The notes below the pieces were generated by a model. That model did not search any database and was not told the DNA's origin. It saw only the letters and a list, made by a program, of their open reading frames with translations. Of a stretch of 28,661 nucleotides of DNA, positions 9,865 to 20,670 are shown in pieces. The DNA lies in NCBI GenBank assembly GCA_964549305.1, contig CAZJVM010000030.1:3906-32566 (forward strand). Direction: 5' to 3'. This stretch comes from an uncultured bacterium (GTDB lineage: Bacteria; Schekmanbacteria; GWA2-38-11; J061). Position 1 is the first letter of the stretch, and each line of letters starts with the position of its first letter. The translations under genes were made by a program, and so were the position numbers.

Positions 9865-9881
9865 TTGGCATAAATTTTGCA
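9865..9881 (+). promoter_or_regulatory. Sigma54 (-24/-12) promoter
   Basis: TTGGCATAAATTTTGCA, GG 9867-9868 and GC 9879-9880; GGAGGC RBS and ATG follow. Confidence 0.88.
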
Positions 9882-9923
9882 TATATTTAAAACATAAAAA
9901 TTATTATTAAATGGAGGCAATCA

Positions 9924-11060
9924 ATGAGCAGAATTAATTCCTTATCAGAAAAAAAATCTTTAACATTTTTGACGACAATCTTTGTATTTCTTTTTTTAAT
10001 GATGTTCTCAAATCAATCGGAGGGGTTGGAACTTCTCACCAGTTCTTATTATAGCCAAAATGTATTGACCTATGACGCCTTTACCGGAGCTTTTTTGGGC
10101 TCTTTTGTATCGACCGATCCCAATCAAAACGGAAATCTGGAATATCCCTCTGATATTGCTGTGGGACCCAACAATAATCTCTTTGTGGGAGACATCGGGC
10201 ATTATTACGATACCAATGACCCCAATCAGGGAAGAGTCCTCCAGTACGGCACAAACGGCACATATATTAATGATTTCGTAAGTTCATTCGGACCAAACGG
10301 GACCAGTGACATTGCAAACCCAATCGATCTGGAGTTTGGCAACGGTTATCTTTATGCCAGCAACTGGGTTGCAGGTTCTGTTTCACGATTTGACGAAAAT
10401 ACAGGCCTTGCCGACAGCACCTTTAACACCAATCAAATGAATGATTCACACCTTACAAACGCGGGAGGCATTGCATTTGATTCTGATGGAGTTTTATATG
10501 TAGCGGAATCAGACGGACAAAACGGAAGATATGAAGTATTGAGATTTAATGCCACCACAGGCAATTACATCGATACTTTTGTCAGCAATGGAAGCGGAGG
10601 CCTCAACAGGCCTTACAGCATGGTATTCGGGCCTGACGGTGATCTCTATGTTTCAAGCACCGATTCAGGAAGCAATCCTCCGCAAAACGGCGGCCCCAGA
10701 GGGGAAGTCCTTCGTTATGACGGCACCACCGGCGCCTCCAAAGGTGTTTTTGTTTCGGAATTATCGGGAGGATTGTTAGGACCTCACGGCCTTTCATGGG
10801 GACCTGACGGAAACTTTTATGTAGCAAGCATAGCTTCCGATGAAATTCTTCGTTACGATTCTTCGGGCACATTCATTGACGCATTCATTACGGCGGGATT
10901 GGGCGGACTCGATGCCCCGGTAAACATCACATTTGCCGAAACAGGTTTCGGTGTCACTTCAACGCCCGTTCCGGAACCATCAACGATATATATGCTTCTG
11001 GGAAGTCTTTTGATTAGCTTCTTTCTTGTTAAAGCCCCTAAGAATGAAGGTAAAGAGTAA
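9924..11060 (+). CDS. PEP-CTERM sorting-domain surface protein with NHL/Vgb-like beta-propeller repeats
   Basis: Signal peptide; repeats such as PYSMVFGPDGDLYVSS and PHGLSWGPDGNFYVAS; C-terminal VPEPST, then a TM helix and Lys residues. Confidence 0.9.
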   Translation: MSRINSLSEKKSLTFLTTIFVFLFLMMFSNQSEGLELLTSSYYSQNVLTYDAFTGAFLGSFVSTDPNQNGNLEYPSDIAVGPNNNLFVGDIGHYYDTNDPNQGRVLQYGTNGTYINDFVSSFGPNGTSDIANPIDLEFGNGYLYASNWVAGSVSRFDENTGLADSTFNTNQMNDSHLTNAGGIAFDSDGVLYVAESDGQNGRYEVLRFNATTGNYIDTFVSNGSGGLNRPYSMVFGPDGDLYVSSTDSGSNPPQNGGPRGEVLRYDGTTGASKGVFVSELSGGLLGPHGLSWGPDGNFYVASIASDEILRYDSSGTFIDAFITAGLGGLDAPVNITFAETGFGVTSTPVPEPSTIYMLLGSLLISFFLVKAPKNEGKE

Positions 11061-11078
11061 CTTTTCTTCCTGTATCAC

Positions 11079-11119
11079 CTGCCCCCTTGGAAACCTCCAT
11101 AAGGGGGCAGTTCTTTTTT
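11079..11119 (+). terminator. Intrinsic terminator
   Basis: 10-bp stem CTGCCCCCTT/AAGGGGGCAG followed by TTCTTTTTT. Confidence 0.8.
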
Positions 11120-11206
11120 AAATCCACTTTTCAAATAAATGATTTGACTCCGCCTTGAAAAAATTAATAGATAGGTTAGCTTTGCCATCTAAAAAATCAA
11201 AATAAA

Positions 11207-13141
11207 ATGAATGGTTGGACAGGAAAAATACTCGATGTGGACCTTTCGTCAGGTCAAATATCATCAATCGATACCAAAGATTACACCAATCTTTTTTTAG
11301 GCGGCATAGGGATAGGAGAAAAACTGTATTGGGATAAGGCAAAAATAAATGCCTCCGCCTTCGATCCGGAAAATCCACTTATAATTATGACAGGTCCTCT
11401 TACAGGGACAAACGCTCCTTCATCTCCAAGGGCGGTTATATGCGGCAAATCTCCCTGCCTTTTCCCTGAAGCATTTTCACACGCAAGCATCGGCGGCATC
11501 TTTCCCTATGAGCTCAAACGCGCAGGATTTGACGGAATCGTCATAGAGGGAAAATCGGAAAAACCGGTTTACATTGACATTCAGGACGAAAGAGCTGAAA
11601 TCAGAATTGCCCCCCATCTATGGGGAAGGACAAACAGCGAAACCCGGACAATCCTAAAGAGTGAATCGGGCGAAAAGACAAGCATAATTTCAATCGGTCC
11701 CGCGGCGGAAAATCTCGTTCGCATAAGCACGATTTTTACCGACCTTGCCGGAAGCGCGTCAATGGGTTACGGCGCCGTTATGGGTTCAAAAAACCTCAAG
11801 GCAATCGCCGTCAAAGGCACGGGCAAAGTCAACACCGCGCATCCCGATAGAATAAAAACGATACGTGAAAAAATATCTCAAATGACCGGGAAGGGATATC
11901 ACGACATAAGAGAGACTCCCATAATTCTGCCCGGCACCAAAGTCGTGAAGAAAACCCATTGTATGGGATGTCCGCGCGGATGCAACCGCTCGCTTCAGAA
12001 AAGGGAATCAGGAGCGGAAGACATACGAAAATGCCAGACAGGAATGTTTTATTACTCGTGGGATACGCGCCTTCACGGGAAGTCCACCGATGCAAGCTTT
12101 TCAGCGGCAACCATTGCCAATGATTACTCTATCTGCGTAATGGAAATTGTCCACATTCTTCTCTGGCTTGACGGATGCATCGAAAAAGGAATACTCGGAG
12201 AAAAGGAAACAGGCCTGCCCCTTTCAAAGATGGGAAGTATCGAATTTTTCGAAGCAATTGTAAAAATGATTTCCTCGAGGCACGGATTCGGCAACATTCT
12301 CGCAGAAGGCGCCCTGAGGGCATCGCGGGAATTTGGCTCGCAATCGCGGGAAATCACCGCGAGGCGGTTAACATCAACGGGGCGCGCAATCGCGTACGGA
12401 CCGAGGGTATTCAGCAAATCCGCAATGATTTACGCAGTCGAGCCGAGACCCTTTATCACCGAGCTTCACGAAATAAGCGAGCCATTCACCAAGTGGGCAC
12501 TTTGGCACGCTTCAAGCGGTGAAAAATCATATGTGTCAACGCAGGTACTGAGGAAAATCGGAAAGAGATTTTGGGGAAGCGAAGAATCGGTCAATTCAGC
12601 TACAACTGACGGGAAGGCCCTTGCAACAGTAACAATCCAAAACCGCCAGTACGCAAAGGAATCCCTCATACTCTGTGATTTCGCGTGGCCCCTTTACGAC
12701 GATGTGACTGCGGAAGACCGCGTCGGCGACCCTTCCCTTGAAAGCAGGCTCTTTTCCGCTGTTACGGGAGTGGAAACAGACGAAGGCGAGCTTTTGAAGG
12801 CAGGGGAAAGAATTTTCAATCTAAACAGGGCAATTTTCCTAAGAGAAGGCAGAAAGGGGAAAGAGGAGGACATTCTTCCTGATTTCATCTTTGACGAAAA
12901 ACTTGAAAAATCTCCCGACGGTTTCGGAATGAGAAATCCCGAACTTCTTTTACCTGCGAAAGGCGACAAGGTAATATCAAGGAGAGGAAAAACTCTCTGC
13001 CGAAGCGACTTTCAAAAAATCAGGGATGAGTATTACGAACTTCGCCAATGGGATGTTGAAACGGGATACCTGAAAAAGGAATCGCTTAAAGGTCTCGGAC
13101 TCGGGGATGTAATCGATGAATTGAAAGACAAGTCGCTTTGA
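11207..13141 (+). CDS. Aldehyde:ferredoxin oxidoreductase (AOR/WOR) family W/Mo-bis-pyranopterin enzyme
   Basis: GWTGKILDVDLS, FDPENPLIIMTGPLTG, AGFDGIVIEGKSEKPVY, GAVMGSKNLKAIAV, CMGCPRGC plus ILCDF Fe-S ligands, EYYELRQWD. Confidence 0.93.
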   Translation: MNGWTGKILDVDLSSGQISSIDTKDYTNLFLGGIGIGEKLYWDKAKINASAFDPENPLIIMTGPLTGTNAPSSPRAVICGKSPCLFPEAFSHASIGGIFPYELKRAGFDGIVIEGKSEKPVYIDIQDERAEIRIAPHLWGRTNSETRTILKSESGEKTSIISIGPAAENLVRISTIFTDLAGSASMGYGAVMGSKNLKAIAVKGTGKVNTAHPDRIKTIREKISQMTGKGYHDIRETPIILPGTKVVKKTHCMGCPRGCNRSLQKRESGAEDIRKCQTGMFYYSWDTRLHGKSTDASFSAATIANDYSICVMEIVHILLWLDGCIEKGILGEKETGLPLSKMGSIEFFEAIVKMISSRHGFGNILAEGALRASREFGSQSREITARRLTSTGRAIAYGPRVFSKSAMIYAVEPRPFITELHEISEPFTKWALWHASSGEKSYVSTQVLRKIGKRFWGSEESVNSATTDGKALATVTIQNRQYAKESLILCDFAWPLYDDVTAEDRVGDPSLESRLFSAVTGVETDEGELLKAGERIFNLNRAIFLREGRKGKEEDILPDFIFDEKLEKSPDGFGMRNPELLLPAKGDKVISRRGKTLCRSDFQKIRDEYYELRQWDVETGYLKKESLKGLGLGDVIDELKDKSL

Positions 13142-13196
13142 TGGATTCTCCATTAAACCTTGAGGCATTTTTATTGTTGAAAGGAAGCGGAATAAG

Positions 13197-13997
13197 ATGA
13201 ACGATGACAACAAAAAAACAAAGGAACTTTTCGACCGTTTAAGAGATGAGGCGCTTTCAAAAGTTTTTTCCATCGAAAGCAGTGATAATCATAAAAAAAA
13301 GATCTATGAAAGAGAAAGCGGAAAAACCACACTCACCATAATCAGGGGAAATGTCTTTGAAAAAATAAGCATTTGCAGGGGAGAGAAGGAAAAGACAATT
13401 CATCCCGGCGCCAAACTTCCTGAAAATATGACAGACCTTAAAGACTGTGAAGGCAAAATAAAGATGCAGATATTCGAGATATGCTCACATATGATGAATC
13501 CGAAAGTCCCCGTAGGGACTTTAAGCATAAGATACCGTTCAAGCGGAGGAGGAAGAATCGCCGGAGGCACTGACCTTTCCCCCTACATTCGCTTTGACGA
13601 AGATATGGAATTGTTTTCGGGCAGGTTTAAACAGATTTGCGCAGATTACGGAAAAGACTACTCCGCCCTGAGGGAAAACCTCAAAAAAACATTCTGGCTA
13701 AAATACCGTGACGAACCACGGGGAGGGCTTGCGGGAATCGCTTTCGATTTACCAATGTCAGAATTTCCCTTCGCGAAAAGCGTGGCGGAAAGTTTTGTGG
13801 AAACGTATTTTCATATAGTGGAAAAAAGGAAGAATGAGAAGTACGCGGAAGATGAACGCACAAAAATGCTCTTCAGGCGCGGGAGATGGGTTGAATTCAA
13901 CCTTATCGAAGACGAAGGATTTCTATACGGGCTTGAAACTGGGGTAAATCCCGAAGTAATGATTCTTCAGACACTGCCTCCCACTGTAAAGTTTTAA
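13197..13997 (+). CDS. Divergent HemF-like (oxygen-dependent coproporphyrinogen III oxidase fold) protein
   Basis: GNVFEK, NPKVP, GGTDLSPY, RDEPRGG, RRGRWVEFNL, LPP motifs; several catalytic positions differ, so the hemF symbol is withheld. Confidence 0.8.
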   Translation: MNDDNKKTKELFDRLRDEALSKVFSIESSDNHKKKIYERESGKTTLTIIRGNVFEKISICRGEKEKTIHPGAKLPENMTDLKDCEGKIKMQIFEICSHMMNPKVPVGTLSIRYRSSGGGRIAGGTDLSPYIRFDEDMELFSGRFKQICADYGKDYSALRENLKKTFWLKYRDEPRGGLAGIAFDLPMSEFPFAKSVAESFVETYFHIVEKRKNEKYAEDERTKMLFRRGRWVEFNLIEDEGFLYGLETGVNPEVMILQTLPPTVKF

Positions 13998-13998
13998 A

Positions 13999-14775
13999 TC
14001 AGATATCGACTTCAATCTTCAATCCGTCATAGGCAAGGAAAACATTTTCCGGAAGATACCCTGAAATTTTTTTATGGCTTATCTCGTGGGAAATATGGGT
14101 AAAATAAGCCCTCTTCGGTTTAAGCTTATTAACTACATCAAGGGCTTCGTCAATGGTAAAATGAGTGGGATGGGGAGTGTCCCGCAACGCGCCTAAAATC
14201 AAGACATCGAGCCCACGCATATTCTCCATGGTTTCATCGGATATAAAATTCACATCGGTGAAGTAGGCGAAATTATTCGCTCTGAATCCCGAAACATTAA
14301 AAATGCCGTGGCGTCCGTCGAGACGCTCTAATGTTATCCCCTCAACCACTACGCGACTGTTCACTTCCACGGGTTTGAGGGAGGGAATCCCGCCTCCCGG
14401 AATATTTCTTCCGGAAAACACATAGGAAAAAATACTTGTAATCTCATCAAGGGTTTCCTTTGTGCCGTAAATGGAAATTGTCTTCCCCGATAGCTCGTTG
14501 AAGCGCCTCAACTCATCGAGCCCGAAGATATGATCGGCGTGGTAGTGGGTAAAAAGTACGGCATCTACCCTGTCAATGCCGTTTAACAGCGACTGGAACC
14601 TCAAGTCAACGGCAGTATCTATGAGAATATTAGCTCCCGTTTCAAGTTTGATTATCACCGATGAGCGCATTCTTTTGTCTCGCGGGTCTTTTGATGTACA
14701 GACTTCGCAATTACATCCGATTTTAGGGACTCCGTGCGATGTGCCCGAACCTAAAATTGTTATCTCGCCTTTCAA
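13999..14775 (-). CDS. PhnP-like metallo-beta-lactamase-fold hydrolase
   Basis: ILGSGTSHGVPKIGCNCEVC, THYHADHIFG, HPTHF, THISH, AYDGL; TTG start 2 nt after the ligA stop. Confidence 0.92.
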   Translation of the reverse strand: MKGEITILGSGTSHGVPKIGCNCEVCTSKDPRDKRMRSSVIIKLETGANILIDTAVDLRFQSLLNGIDRVDAVLFTHYHADHIFGLDELRRFNELSGKTISIYGTKETLDEITSIFSYVFSGRNIPGGGIPSLKPVEVNSRVVVEGITLERLDGRHGIFNVSGFRANNFAYFTDVNFISDETMENMRGLDVLILGALRDTPHPTHFTIDEALDVVNKLKPKRAYFTHISHEISHKKISGYLPENVFLAYDGLKIEVDI

Positions 14776-14777
14776 CT

Positions 14778-16793
<2,016 letters not shown>

Positions 16794-16825
16794 CTAAAAA
16801 AACCGAGGCAAGTATTTACGGAATA

Positions 16826-18139
16826 TCATTCCCCCGCGGCTTCCTTCTCCGGCGTGCCGCTTTTGTAAACGGGAAAATAAAAAAACTTAAAAGTCTTCAA
16901 TCCCTCTTTTCTTTCGTAACCGAAAAGCCCCTTTAAAAAGGAAAACCCTACGCTGTTTTCTTCGCTATTCTTATGATATTCCCAAAGGGAGAAAAGCGCG
17001 CCTATATTTTTATAAAAACTTTCACCGAACTTGCCCTTTTCGTTAAATGGAATTATTTCCAGAGAGCGCACAAGGAGGCTGTTGCCGTCATTCCTGTATG
17101 AAAAAAGAGGCCACACCTTATGAAGCTTTTCGTCAGTGCCGTTTTTTTCCCACTGCGTGCGGTTATAGATGTAGAGAGGGACAAAGCTGAAAAATCTTCT
17201 CCTGTATCCCGAAACCCTTATATCTCCTTTCCAAAAAAGGGGCCATAAGTAAAAGTTTCTGAAGGAATCTCCCTTCTCCTCTATGCGAAACAAGGGAAAA
17301 ACCTGCGTCACTTTTCTTTTTCCGCCCCTTGCATAGGAGAGAAAGGGCCACAATGCGTCATATCTGAAATAATCATCCTTGAGTTTCTTCTGCGCCATAT
17401 AAAGAGGAAACATAAAGAGTTTGGTCTGCGCGGAATCCGAGCTGAAATGTCCGTAAAAGGGAAATATAAGAAGTCTTTCCCTGTCAACAGTGCCGTCATC
17501 TTTGAAAAATTTATGGCGGTTGTAAAAGGGCCATAAAATAAACTCTCTTTCATATTCTCCCGCGAGAAATTTTCTTCCGTAAAAGGGCCATATTCTGTAA
17601 TACCTTTTTCCCTGCGAAAAGGAATAATTGAAGAAGGGCCAGCAGAAATTGTAGGATTTCTCTTCATTATCCTTTGATGACGAATAGAAGGGAAACATTA
17701 TGAAATCATAGGATTCAAAGCCTAACCAATTTTCCAAATGACCGTAAAAAGGGAATAATGCCAGCGTCTTTTTGTCGTTCTTTTCAGAGGAGATATAAAA
17801 GGGAAGAACATACAGATACTTTTCCCTGTCCCATTCGCGCTCCATATCCTTCTTGAAGTAAATAAAGGGAAGAACGCGAAGCTGAGTTTTCTCCTTCTGC
17901 CTGCTGTAGTTTGCTATGGGCCACAGTATGTCGAGGCTGAATGTATTCTTCGCTTCATCTTTTTCGTATCCGAAAAGCGGAAGAATTCTGAATCCTTTTT
18001 TTCCGTCAAGTTCGGAAACCGTTACAAAAGGACCTATATTGGTTTCCGACTTCAACGATTCTTCGCCATAGCAATCGAAAAACGGCTGTATCTGAAACAG
18101 CAGTGAAAGCAGAAGAATTATTAAAAAGCTCTTTCTCAT
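16826..18139 (-). CDS. Hypothetical exported protein with many (L/W/F)-P-(F/L)-(Y/F) repeats
   Basis: Signal-peptide-like N-terminus; about 15 short motifs (LWPIA, LFPFYG, CWPFFN, IWPFYG, LWPFYN, LWPFLS, VWPLFS); starts 9 nt after mlaD. Confidence 0.75.
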   Translation of the reverse strand: MRKSFLIILLLSLLFQIQPFFDCYGEESLKSETNIGPFVTVSELDGKKGFRILPLFGYEKDEAKNTFSLDILWPIANYSRQKEKTQLRVLPFIYFKKDMEREWDREKYLYVLPFYISSEKNDKKTLALFPFYGHLENWLGFESYDFIMFPFYSSSKDNEEKSYNFCWPFFNYSFSQGKRYYRIWPFYGRKFLAGEYEREFILWPFYNRHKFFKDDGTVDRERLLIFPFYGHFSSDSAQTKLFMFPLYMAQKKLKDDYFRYDALWPFLSYARGGKRKVTQVFPLFRIEEKGDSFRNFYLWPLFWKGDIRVSGYRRRFFSFVPLYIYNRTQWEKNGTDEKLHKVWPLFSYRNDGNSLLVRSLEIIPFNEKGKFGESFYKNIGALFSLWEYHKNSEENSVGFSFLKGLFGYERKEGLKTFKFFYFPVYKSGTPEKEAAGE

Positions 18140-18148
18140 TTGAAATGG

Positions 18149-19132
18149 CTAAAATAGAAAAACGAGAGAGCTTATGAATGTTGAAATAGGCGAAAGTTCG
18201 CTTGCCTGCTCAGCAGAATCTCCCAAATCCTTGAGAGACTTTTTCGCCGTATCATAAAGCTCATCATCATTGACAAGTTTCCCGAGAGTTCCCTCTCCCT
18301 TGTTTACCTTGACGAGTATCTTGTTAAGGTTATCCGATGTTTCCTTAACCTTTACAATCGTATCTTTAAGATTCTGCCGGTTTTCCTCAATCATTCCGTC
18401 AAGATTGTCGCCGAGTTTTGAAAATTTATCCATCACGACAGGACCCTTTTCATTGAGATTGGCGGAAAACTGTTCAAAATTGTTTATGGCATTGGAAACG
18501 GAATCCTTATTTTCAGTAAGTATGGTGTTCAATTTTTTGGAAAATCCGTCTATATTGGAAATAGCGTTTGAAATCGCTCCTTCATTTTCGCTCAATATCC
18601 GCTGAAGCATGTCAGTGGAATCCTTTAAGTTGCCGAGCATCACATTTATATTGTTGGAATTTTCAGTAACGACCTCGTTAAGCCCCCTGGCAACATTCGT
18701 AAGCTGTTCGATAAGGTTGTCAATGTCCGCGGCAGTCATTCCCTCGCCGAGAGAATCTCCATTTGCCAAAAGCTCTTTCTGCGTATCGCCGAAACCAATA
18801 TCAAGATATTTTTGCCCGAGCAGACTGTCAGATTTAACGGAAACCCTGGCGCCTTCGTGAATCTGCACTCCGTCGTCTATCCTCAGCGCCACATGCGCTT
18901 TCCCGCCGTCAATATGCATATCCTCGACTCTGCCGACTCTCACTCCTGCCATCTTTACGGGAGACTCCTTTTCAAGTCCCGCTACATTTTCGAGCTCTGA
19001 TTTTAAAATATAGCCCTTTGCCTTAAGCCACTTCACATCTCCAAACTGCATAGAAAGCCATACCAGCAGAATGATGACAGTAAGAGTGAAAAGCCCGACT
19101 TTTGCTTCAACGCTTAATCTTTTATTATCCAT
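18149..19132 (-). CDS. mlaD: MlaD/MCE-domain protein with a long helical C-terminal region
   Basis: EAKVGLF TM anchor, VAGLEKESPVKMAGVRVGRV, SLLGQKYLDI, heptad-like helical region, GEGTLGKLVNDDELY. Confidence 0.9.
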   Translation of the reverse strand: MDNKRLSVEAKVGLFTLTVIILLVWLSMQFGDVKWLKAKGYILKSELENVAGLEKESPVKMAGVRVGRVEDMHIDGGKAHVALRIDDGVQIHEGARVSVKSDSLLGQKYLDIGFGDTQKELLANGDSLGEGMTAADIDNLIEQLTNVARGLNEVVTENSNNINVMLGNLKDSTDMLQRILSENEGAISNAISNIDGFSKKLNTILTENKDSVSNAINNFEQFSANLNEKGPVVMDKFSKLGDNLDGMIEENRQNLKDTIVKVKETSDNLNKILVKVNKGEGTLGKLVNDDELYDTAKKSLKDLGDSAEQASELSPISTFISSLVFLF

Positions 19133-19154
19133 ATTATTCTCCCGGAATTTATAT

Positions 19155-19901
19155 TCATATAACCTTTACGGGACCCTCAGAAGACCCGCTTAGAAACTGA
19201 ATGACATATTCATCTTTGCAATTCTTCAATTCATCGATGGTGCCGACAAAATGAATCTTTCTGTCGTGAAGAAGCGCCACTTTATCGGCTATTTTATAAA
19301 GCCCCGGAATGTCGTGGCTTGATACTATCGATGTCACTCCGAATTTTTTCTGTGTGTCCCTGATGAGCGTATTGATTGTATCTGACAATATGGGGTCAAG
19401 CCCTGTTGTCGGCTCATCGTAAATAATTGTCTTTGGCGACATTGCAAGCGCCCTTGCAAGACCGACTCTTCTCTGCATTCCTCCGGAAAGCTCAGAGGGC
19501 ATCTTCTTTTCAACATCTTTTAGCCCAACATCGAGGAGTCTTTCCCTGACTATGCCATCAATCTCACTTTTGCTCATCTTAGTGTTTTCCTTCAGGGGAA
19601 ATGCCACATTCTCCTCAACTGTCATCGAATCGAAAAGCGCCGCAAATTGAAAAAGAAATCCGAATTCCTTTCTCACCTCATTTAATTCCATTTCCGATAT
19701 TTTGGAAATATCTTTCCCGTTGTATAAAACCGCCCCTTCGTCGGGCTTCAAAAGCCCTATGATGTGTTTCAAAATTACGCTCTTGCCCTGTCCGCTTCCG
19801 CCAATGATTACAGTAGTGCTTCCGTCCCCGATTGTAAGATTTATATCTTCGAGAACTTTTTTTCCGTCAAAAGACTTGCTTACATTGCGCATCTCAATCA
19901 T
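19155..19901 (-). CDS. mlaF: MlaF/Mkl-type ABC ATP-binding protein
   Basis: GGSGQGKS, FQFAALFDSMTVEENVAFPL, LSGGMQRRVGLARA, YDEPTTGLDP. Confidence 0.93.
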   Translation of the reverse strand: MIEMRNVSKSFDGKKVLEDINLTIGDGSTTVIIGGSGQGKSVILKHIIGLLKPDEGAVLYNGKDISKISEMELNEVRKEFGFLFQFAALFDSMTVEENVAFPLKENTKMSKSEIDGIVRERLLDVGLKDVEKKMPSELSGGMQRRVGLARALAMSPKTIIYDEPTTGLDPILSDTINTLIRDTQKKFGVTSIVSSHDIPGLYKIADKVALLHDRKIHFVGTIDELKNCKDEYVIQFLSGSSEGPVKVI

Positions 19902-19908
19902 TTTTTCA

Positions 19909-20670
19909 TCACCTCAGAAGATGCCTGTATCCGTCCTGCTTATATGACTTTCTATAATCTTTTCCGTCAATTTCCACAACACGACACATTTCAAAAATCC
20001 GGGAAATTAGTCTTGTTCCTATTCTGTCTTCAAGCGTCTCTTCCATATCAGACTCTTTGCCCGCAGAAATGCGCCAGTTGGAAGAAAGAATAGTTGTCTT
20101 TCTCTCGTTATATCTTTTATTCAGAATGTATGTGAGAATGTCTCTTCTCCAATCGGTAACCTTCTGCGCGCCTAAGTCATCGAGCACTACAATCTCCTTT
20201 TCCACAACCGGAGATATGACCTGTGATTCGCTAAGGGAGGAACTCGCGCTGTAAGTACTCTGTATGGATTTCAGCAGTTCCCAGAAGTCATAAAATATGC
20301 CGTCTATGAGTTTCTTCTCCATAAGATACCTGAGTATCGCCACAGAAAGATGAGTTTTCCCCACACCGCAGGGTCCCACAAAAAAAATACCCACATCATA
20401 ACCGGGAAATCCCGATGTGAATTTTTCAGCAATTTTCAGTGCGGCGCGCTGGCTTGAATTATGGGTTTCATAGTTTTCAAGAGTGCATTCATCATATCTT
20501 TTTGGAACATTGCTTGACTTAATTATTTTGCTTCGCAGCATCCCGTTAAAACAGGAGCACCTTTTGACCTTCTCGGCGCCGTTTTCCTCAACGGGAATCC
20601 AGCCCGTTCCGAGACATTCCGGACAAGTGTCGTTGCTCTCTTTTATCTCATCTGACGGCATTGCATTCAT
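19909..20670 (-). CDS. DnaC/DnaI/IstB-like AAA+ ATPase (helicase-loader-like)
   Basis: N-terminal CPEC...CSC Zn module, PKRY, Walker A GPCGVGKT, Walker B VVLDDLG, SRIFEM. Confidence 0.88.
   Translation of the reverse strand: MNAMPSDEIKESNDTCPECLGTGWIPVEENGAEKVKRCSCFNGMLRSKIIKSSNVPKRYDECTLENYETHNSSQRAALKIAEKFTSGFPGYDVGIFFVGPCGVGKTHLSVAILRYLMEKKLIDGIFYDFWELLKSIQSTYSASSSLSESQVISPVVEKEIVVLDDLGAQKVTDWRRDILTYILNKRYNERKTTILSSNWRISAGKESDMEETLEDRIGTRLISRIFEMCRVVEIDGKDYRKSYKQDGYRHLLR

Noticed and set aside
13197-13997. Annotation as a functional hemF
   Set aside because: Conserved His and DRG-Arg positions are substituted and there is no heme-pathway context; reported as HemF-like only
19909-20670. 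IS21 element (IstB) or prophage
   Set aside because: No IstA transposase, terminal inverted repeats, integrase or phage structural genes; the gene is tightly coupled within a housekeeping operon
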